Origin: an uncultured Actinomycetota bacterium
GTDB taxonomy: Bacteria; Actinomycetota; Actinomycetes; Mycobacteriales; Mycobacteriaceae
Assembly (NCBI GenBank): GCA_963786695.1
Contig: CAWBAL010000005.1
Coordinates: forward strand, 17,304-81,303
Direction: 5' to 3'
Length of the DNA: 64,000 nucleotides
This document shows, piece by piece, positions 55,153 to 64,000 of this stretch. The position numbers and the translations under genes were made by a program. The notes beneath the pieces are model-generated. The model searched no databases, had not been told where the DNA came from, and saw nothing but the letters and a program-made list of their open reading frames with translations. How positions within the stretch are numbered: position 1 is the stretch's first letter; each line of letters starts with the position of its first letter.

Positions 55153-57930
55153 GTGGCAGGTAAGGCCCGTGTACACGAGTTGGCCAAAGAACTCGGTGTC
55201 ACCAGTAAGGAAGTTCTCGCCCGCCTGAGCGAACAGGGCGAATTCGTCAAGTCAGCGTCGTCGACGGTGGAAGCACCCGTCGCCCGGCGGCTGCGTGAGT
55301 CGTTCGGCGGCGCCAAGGCCCCCGCAGCGGAGAAGCCCGCCCCGGCCAAGGCCGTGGGCAACGGCGCACCGGCCAAGGCACCCGTCGATGCCGGCTCCGT
55401 CGCCGCCGCGCCGCCCCAGGCGCCCGCACCCAAGCCGGCTGCACCTGCACCCGCACCCGCCCCGGCGGCACCCGCGCCGGCTGCGCCCGCCCCGGCGGCC
55501 CCCGCAGCCACTGCCCCTGCGGCTCCGGCGGCCCCGCAAACCGGTGCACCGACCCCCGGGGCTCCGCGGCCGGTCCCCGGTGGGCCCAAGCCCGGCCTGC
55601 CGCGCCCGCCGCGCGTCGGCAACAACCCGTTCTCCAGCGCACAGCCGGTCGAGCGTCCGATCCCGCGTCCGCAGGGTCCGCGTCCCGGTCCCGGCGCAGC
55701 CAGGACCCGCGTCCCGGTGCACCCCGTCCCGGTGGTGCCACACCGGGCAACATGCCGCCGCGCCCCGGTGGCGGTGCAGCCCGTCCGGCACGTCCCGGCG
55801 CTCCGCGCCCCGGCGGTGGTCCGCGTCCCGGTGGTCCTGGCGGCCAGGGTGGCGGCGGTCGTCCCGGTGGTGGCGGCGGTGGCGGTAACTACCGCACCGG
55901 CGGTCCCGGCGGTGCCGGCGGCGGTGCAGGCGCAGGCGGAGCGGCTGCTGGAGGTTTCCGCGGTCGTCCCGGCGGTGGTGGCGGCGGTGGCCGTCCCGGT
56001 CAGCGCGGTGGCGCAGCCGGCGCGTTCGGCCGTCCCGGCGGCGCCCCGCGCCGCGGCCGCAAGTCGAAGCGGGCGAAACGCGCCGAGTACGAGAACATGC
56101 AGGCCCCGGTCGTCGGTGGCGTGCGGTTGCCGCACGGCAACGGCGAGACCATCCGGCTGGCCCGCGGCGCGTCGCTGAGCGACTTCGCCGAGAAGATCGA
56201 CGCCAACCCGGCCTCGCTGGTGCAGGCGCTGTTCAACCTCGGCGAGATGGTGACCGCCACCCAGTCGGTGGGTGACGAGACCCTCGAGCTGCTCGGCAGC
56301 GAGATGAACTACGTCGTGCAGGTCGTCTCGCCCGAGGACGAGGACCGCGAGCTGCTGGAGTCCTTCGACCTCACCTACGGCGAGGACGAGGGCGACGAGG
56401 AGGACCTCGAGCACCGGCCGCCGGTGGTCACCGTCATGGGCCACGTCGATCACGGCAAGACCCGACTGCTGGACACCATCCGTCAGGCCAGCGTCCGCGA
56501 GGGCGAGGCCGGCGGCATCACCCAGCACATCGGTGCCTACCAGGTGGCCGTCGAGCACGACGGTCTCGAGCGCCTGATCACCTTCATCGACACCCCGGGT
56601 CACGAGGCGTTCACCGCCATGCGTGCCCGCGGTGCGAAGGCCACCGACATCGCCATCCTGGTGGTGGCCGCCGACGACGGTGTCATGCCGCAGACGGTGG
56701 AGGCCATCAACCACGCGCAGGCGGCCGACGTGCCGATCGTGGTCGCGGTCAACAAGATCGACAAGGAAGGCGCCGATCCGGCAGAAGATCCGGTCGCAGC
56801 TGACCGAGTACGGCCTGGTTGCCGAGGACTTCGGCGGCGACACCATGTTCGTCGACATCTCGGCGAAGAACGGCACCAACATCAAGGCGCTGGAGGAAGC
56901 GGTGCTGCTGACCGCCGACGCGGCACTGGACCTGCGGGCCAACCCCGACATGGAAGCCCAGGGTGTGGCCATCGAGGCGCACCTGGACCGCGGCCGCGGC
57001 CCGGTGGCCACCGTGCTGATCACCCGCGGAACGCTGCGGGTCGGCGACTCGGTGGTGGCCGGCGACGCCTACGGCCGAGTCCGCCGGATGGTCGACGAGC
57101 ACGGCGAGGACGTCGAAGAGGCGTACCCGTCGCGGCCGGTTCAGGTCATCGGCTTCACGTCGGTGCCCGGCGCCGGCGACAACTTCCTGGTTGTCGACGA
57201 AGACCGCATCGCCCGCCAGATCGCCGACCGGCGCAGCGCCCGCAAGCGCAACGCGCTGGCGGCCCGGGCACGCAAGCGGATCAGCCTGGAGGACCTGGAG
57301 TCGGCGCTGAAGGAAACCAGCCAGCTGAACCTGATCCTCAAGGGCGACAACGCCGGTACGGTCGAGGCGCTCGAGGAGGCCCTGCTGGGCATCCAGGTCG
57401 ACGACGAGGTGGAGCTGCGGGTCATCGACCGCGGTGTCGGTGGCATCACCGAGACCAACGTCAACCTGGCGTCGGCTTCGGATGCGATCATCATCGGCTT
57501 CAACGTCCGCGCCGAGGGCAAGGCCACCGAACTGGCCAACCGCGAGGGTGTGGAGATCCGCTACTACTCGGTGATCTACCAGGCGATCGACGAGATCGAG
57601 AAGGCCCTCAAGGGCATGCTCAAGCCGATCTACGAGGAGAAGGAGCTCGGCCGCGCCGAGATCCGGGCGATCTTCCGGTCGTCGAAGGTCGGCAACATCG
57701 CCGGTTGCCTCGTGCAGTCCGGCATCATGCGGCGCAACGCCAAGGCGCGGTTGCTGCGTGACAACGTCGTGGTGGCCGAGAACCTCACCGTCTCGTCGCT
57801 CAAGCGCGAGAAGGACGACGCCACCGAGGTCCGCGAGGGCTACGAATGCGGTCTGACGCTGACGTACGGCGACATCAAGGAAGGCGACGTCATCGAGACC
57901 TACGAGTTGGTCGAGAAGGCGCGGGTCTAG
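55153..57930 (+). CDS. infB: Translation initiation factor IF-2 (frameshifts near 55700 and 56780)
   Basis: [14 protein letters not shown], Pro/Gly-rich linker, [30 protein letters not shown]. Confidence 0.97.
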
Positions 57931-57971
57931 ATGACGCCTGATCGAAGTGAGAGCGCGAGTGAAGCAGTCGA

Positions 57972-59441
<1,470 letters not shown>

Positions 59442-59445
59442 GGGT

Positions 59446-60782
59446 TTGACCGAACCCGGCGCCGACGCTGCCTCCCCGCGGCGCATCGCGGCACTGGCGT
59501 TTCCGGCGCTGGGGGTGCTGGCCGCCGAGCCGGTCTATCTGTTGTTCGACATCGCCATCGTCGGCCGGCTGGGCGCCCTGGCCCTGGCCGGCCTGGCGAT
59601 CGGCGGGCTGATCCTGTCGGTGGTCAGCTCGCAGCTGACCTTCCTGTCCTACGGCACCACCGCCCGTTCGGCGCGCTTCTACGGTGCCGGTGATCGCGCC
59701 TCAGCGGTCGGCGAGGGCGTGCAGGCCACCTGGCTGGCGCTGGGCCTCGGCGTGGCCATCGTCGCGGTGGTGCAGTTGGCCGCGGTTCCGCTGGTGTCGG
59801 TGATCGCGGGCACGGCCTCCGGCGGCGGGCATCGCCGCCGCCGCGATGCCGTGGCTGCGCATCGCGATCCTCGGTGTGCCGGCCATCCTGATGTCGGCGG
59901 CCGGCAACGGCTGGATGCGCGGGGTGCAGGACACCATGCGGCCGCTGCGCTACGTGCTGATCGGGTTCGGCATCTCGGCGGTGCTGTGTCCCGCTGCTGG
60001 TCTACGGCTGGCTGGGTCTGCCGCGGCTGGAGCTGGCCGGTTCGGCGGTGGCCAATCTGGTGGGGCAGTGGCTGGCCGCGGTGCTGTTCTGCCGCGCGCT
60101 TCTGGTCGAGAAGGTTCCGCTGCGGCTCGACCTCTCGGTGCTGCGGGCGCAGGTCGTGATGGGCCGCGATCTGGTGTTGCGCACCATGGCCTTTCAGGCC
60201 TGCTTCGTGTCGGCGGCTGCGGTGGCCGCGCGGTTCGGTGCCGCGGCGGTGGCCGCCCACCAGGTGGTGCTGCAGCTGTGGAACTTCCTTGCGCTGGTGC
60301 TGGATTCACTGGCCATCGCTGCGCAGTCGTTGGTCGGTGCCGCGCTGGGTGCGGGTCGGACCGGCGCACGCCAAGTCGGTGGCGTGGCGAGTCACGGTGT
60401 TCTCGACGATCGCCGCGGTGGTCCTGGCGGTCGTGTTCGCGGTGGGCGCCTCGGTGCTGCCGTCGCTGTTCACCGACGACCGCTCGGTGCTCGACGCGAT
60501 CGGGGTGCCGTGGTGGTTCATGGTGGCGCAGTTGCCGATTGCCGGCATCGTCTTCGCGCTCGACGGTGTGCTGCTCGGTGCCGGGGATGCCGCCTTCATG
60601 CGCAGCGCGACGTTGATCAGCGCGCTGATCGGCTTCCTGCCGCTGATCTGGCTGTCGCTGGCCTTCGGCTGGGGCCTGCTCGGCATCTGGGCCGGGCTGA
60701 GCAGCGTTCATGGTGCTGCGGCTCGGTGTTCGTCGGCTGGCGGGCCTTCTCCGGCCGCTGGCTGGTTTCGGGCACCGGTTAG
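59446..60782 (+). CDS. dinF: MATE-family efflux protein (Rv2836c/DinF-like; frameshifts)
   Basis: LAFPALGVLAAEPVY, FLSYGTTAR, GWMRGVQDT, AAHQV, FALDGVLLGAGD. Confidence 0.9.
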
Positions 60783-61449
60783 GTCGCGCACCAGATGGTC
60801 TCGGCCAGCATGCGCCGAAGCCAGGAGCGGTAGCGGGGCATGCTCCAGCCGTCGCGGCGTGTCACGCGCAGGAACGTGTCGACCCCCGACAGCACGGCGG
60901 ACCGTCGCGACGAGCTCGTCGAACGGCACGTCGTCACGTAGCCATCCGCGGTCGCGGCAGACGGTCAGTATTCGACGGTTCTGGGCCGTGACGCCGGCGA
61001 ACAGTTCGTCGAGGTAGCGGTCCAACTCGGCGTCGGATGCCGCCGCTCCGATCAGGGCCTGCGAAAGGCCGGCGCTGCGTTGGTGCACCTCCGTCTGCTT
61101 CGACACCAGGTAATCGATGGCGTCGTCTCGGTCGTCGATGTCGAGGAACCGGCGGCCGATCTCCAGGTCGAGGATGTTCTCCTCACCGGAGACCCCGAAC
61201 GTCGACGTACTCGACGGCCGCCACCATCAGTGCCGCCTTCGGGCCGTGCGTCTGAACGGTTTCGGTGGAGACACCTGCCGCGGCGGCGATCTTCGCCAGC
61301 GTGGTGCGCGCGTAGCCCTCGGCGGCGAACAGTTCGGCTGCGGCGGCGACGATGCGTTCCCGGGTCTGCTCGGCCTGCTGCCTGCGCAGCTCGGATCGGT
61401 AGCGGCGGGTCTGCTCTGAACTCTTGCCAATATTTGGCTTTGGTGCCAT
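60779..61449 (-). CDS. TetR-family regulator (frameshifts)
   Basis: RRYRSELRRQQAEQTRERIVAAAAELFAAEGYARTTLAKIAAAAGVSTETV HTH. Confidence 0.88.
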
Positions 61450-61463
61450 AGTAACGAATACTA
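61449..61463. promoter_or_regulatory. Candidate TetR operator in the short divergent spacer
   Basis: TAGTA-acgaa-TACTA palindrome in an AT-rich spacer. Confidence 0.4.
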
Positions 61464-61496
61464 ACACTACCGTAATCAAAGCCGTGGGGGTGCCAG

Positions 61497-62803
61497 GTGT
61501 CGTCGATCATCATCGCCAGCGTGCCGGTGCACGGTCACGTCACGCCGCTGCTGGCCGTCGCGCGGCGCTTCGTCGACCGCGGGGACGACGTCCGGTTCAT
61601 CACCGGTGCGCGATTCGCCGAACGCGGTGACGGCCACCGGCGCCACCCACGTCCCGCTGCCCGCCGAAGCCGATTACGACGAGCAGATCTTCGAGCAGTT
61701 CCCCGAACGCGCCCACCTGAAGGGCGCCAAGGCGATCGCCTTCGACGTCGAGCACGTCTTCGCCAAACCGGCGAAGGCCCAGTACCACGCGCTGCTGGAC
61801 GCGCACCGGCAACGCCCCGCCGACGCGGTGCTCTCCGACCCCGCGTTCTCGGCGCCGCGTTCATGTTGGCGCACCACGTGCCGACCCGCCCGGCGGTGGT
61901 GATGTGCGGTGTCCTTCCGCTGCCCGTCGACAGCCGCGACACCGCACCGTTCGGCATGGGCCTGCCGCCCGCTCGCTGGCTCAACCGCCCGCGCAACGCA
62001 GCGCTGGCAGTCCTCGAACCGGCGCGTGCTGGCCGGCGCCAATCGGATGGTGGACGACTTCCATCGCGAGGTGCATGGCACGGATGCCTGCGGACCGTCG
62101 AATTGGGCGCGCCGCGCCGACGCGATCGTCCAGTTCACCGTCGAGGCGTTCGAGTATCCGCGTTCCGACGCGCCGCCACAGTTGCATTTCGTCGGTCCGC
62201 TGTCGGCCACCGGTTCACAGGCGCCGCTGCCGCCGTGGTGGGACGAACTGGACGGGACACGGCCGGTCGTCCATGTCACCCAGGGCACGGTCGCCAACAC
62301 CGACTACGAGCAGCTGATCGCGCCGACGCTGCGGGCGCTCGCCGACGACGACGTCCTGGTGGTCGTCACGACCGGGGGCCGCCCGTTGGACACCTTGCCG
62401 CCACTACCTGCCAACGCCCGCGCTGCAACCTTTCTGCCGTACGACGAATTGCTGCCTCGCACAGCCGTTTACGTCACCAACGGCGGCTACGGCGGTGTCC
62501 AGTACGCACTACGTTACGGCGTGCCGATCGTCGCGACCGGCGGCAAGGAGGACAAGCCGGAGGTCGGCGCTCGAGTCGCGTGGTCGGGCGTCGGTCGCCG
62601 AATCAGGTCGGAGAATCCGAAGCCGGCTGCAACTGCGAACCGCCATCCACGACGTGTTGAACAGCCCGAAGTACCGCGAGGCCAGTCGGCGCATCGCGAC
62701 AGATCTTGCTGCAGCGCCGGGCTTTTCCGGATTGGCCGCTGTCGTCGATCAGCTGACGGGTCAGCGCGTTGAGTCAGAAGCGGTGCAGACGAAGTTCGAG
62801 TAA
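61497..62803 (+). CDS. GT1 (MGT/UDPGT-like) glycosyltransferase (frameshifts)
   Basis: PVHGHVTP, VHVTQGT, FLPYDELLP...VTNGGYGGV...GVP...EDKPEV PSPG-like box. Confidence 0.88.
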
Positions 62804-62833
62804 GCCACTGCCAGATGTCTGACTCAACGCCGT

Positions 62834-63594
62834 CTAGTTGACTTGGGCGCGGCCGCGTTCGATCACCGAGGCGCGGCTGGCGGCGATGTCGTCACCGCTG
62901 GCCTGTGCCATCCACTTACGCGCGGAGGCCGCTTCGATCCACAGTCCCGAGCTGGTCTGGTCCTCGTCGATGCGATGGTAGGAGGCCAGCAGCGCGCGGA
63001 CCGCCTTCTGGTTGTTGCCGACGATCGAGGACGCCATCGCGCGCGCGACCGGAAGCAGGTCATCGTGCGGCACCACCTGGGTGACCAGACCGGCCCGTAG
63101 AGCGTCCTCTGCCGACAGGTAGTCGCCGGTCAGGCTCATCCGGCGAGCCATGCCGACGCCCACCTTCTGCGGCAACCGCACGCTCAAGCCCCATGTCGGC
63201 AGCAGTCCCGACCCGGGCGTGCGTGTCGGCGAAGCGCGCCCGCTCGGAGGCGATCAGGATGTCGCAGTACAGCGCCAGTTCCAGTCCACCGGTCACCGCC
63301 GCGCCGTTGATCGCACCGATGACGGGCTTGGTCATCGGCGGCCACTTCGGCGAGATGTCGGGCAGTTCGGTGGTGTCGCCGAGTTCCTTGAGGTCGAGGC
63401 CCGCGCAGAACACCGGGTCCGCGCCGGTGACGATCACCACGTCGACGTCGCTCGTCAGCGTCGGCGTCGCGCAGGGCGGCGAAGAACTGCTTGCGCAGCG
63501 CCGCGGAGAGCGCGTTGCGCGAGCCCGGTCGATTGAACGTGATGGTTCGTACCCGGTCGGTGGTCTCGATGAGCAGAATATCTTCGCTGGTCAT
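62834..63594 (-). CDS. echA16: Enoyl-CoA hydratase (Rv2831-like; frameshifts)
   Basis: FNRPGSRNALS, FCAGLDL, KPVIGAINGAAVTGGLEL, FADTHARVG. Confidence 0.9.
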
Positions 63595-63611
63595 AGCGAC
63601 ACCGTAGCCAC

Positions 63612-63705
63612 CGATACAGAAGGGCCTGGCTCGGGGGGACAGCCAGGCCCTTCTTTCGTCCCCGATCCGGTGGGAGGGGACCATTGGGGACGTCACGACG
63701 ATATC
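63612..63705 (-). ncRNA. Candidate 6C-like small RNA (two C-rich-loop hairpins)
   Basis: TAGGGT -10 at 63716-63711; hairpin 1 loop CCCCUCCC; hairpin 2 14-bp stem with loop GUCCCCCCG, ending in UUCUGUAU. Confidence 0.65.
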
Positions 63706-63713
63706 GAAGGACC

Positions 63714-64000
63714 CTATGCGTCAGCTTTGAAGTGCGCGGCGGTGAGCGAACGGCTCACGGCCGGGGGTGGCTCGCCTTCGACCCCGGAAGGTGGCTCGAC
63801 CAGTGTCGGACCCGGAAGAACCAGTGCCGGAACCAGAGTCGGTCGCCGAGTCTGCCGGTCGCCCGTGTCGGTCCCGGAGCCTGAACCGGTACCGGGACCG
63901 CCGGCCGCGGGCAGCGGGACCGGGAGGTCCGTCGGCAGGGTGATCACGAGAACGCGGCAGGGTGCCATTGTTGGAGCGCGACGGCCCGGGCTGGCCACCG
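63714..64000 (-). CDS. C-terminal Pro/Gly/Thr-rich end of a hypothetical protein (5'-partial; true stop may be near 63755)
   Basis: Open frame running off the window edge; low-complexity sequence. Confidence 0.45.
   Translation of the reverse strand, partial: VASPGRRAPTMAPCRVLVITLPTDLPVPLPAAGGPGTGSGSGTDTGDRQTRRPTLVPALVLPGPTLVEPPSGVEGEPPPAVSRSLTAAHFKADA

Noticed and set aside
55300-56060. GC-rich short tandem repeats
   Set aside because: They encode the normal Pro/Ala/Gly-rich linker of actinobacterial IF2; not a CRISPR or mobile repeat

Overview
High-GC actinobacterial chromosome segment, almost certainly a rapidly growing Mycobacterium/Mycolicibacterium. It is collinear with the M. tuberculosis Rv2883c-Rv2831 region: pyrH-frr-cdsA-rlmN, mpt70/mpt83-like fasciclins, dxr-rip1-ispG, PBP, map-cobQ, glnA4-like gamma-glutamylation cluster, NiCoT, mtr, mqo, chelatase-cobO-cobB-cysG, efpA, proS, rimP-nusA-ylxR-infB-rbfA-DHH-MATE, echA16. 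Accessory content includes a photolyase, an asnO-ngg (NAGGN osmolyte) operon, an amino-acid permease and GntR, ArsR-cbiMNQO, a second efpA, an NCS1 permease and a TetR-glycosyltransferase pair. Many genes, including essential ones, are broken by single-base frameshifts that look like sequencing indels, so coordinates of split genes are reconstructed by eye. No rRNA, tRNA, CRISPR, IS or prophage was seen. The best non-coding signals are a 6C-like two-hairpin sRNA candidate upstream of echA16, a chain of overlapping micro-ORFs before infB, a cobalamin riboswitch on the NiCoT gene, a SigK-type promoter ahead of mpt70-photolyase, a SigF-type promoter ahead of asnO-ngg, and a palindromic repeat inserted in frame in the Rv2859c-like gene. 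All family assignments come from motif and synteny recognition, not database searches.
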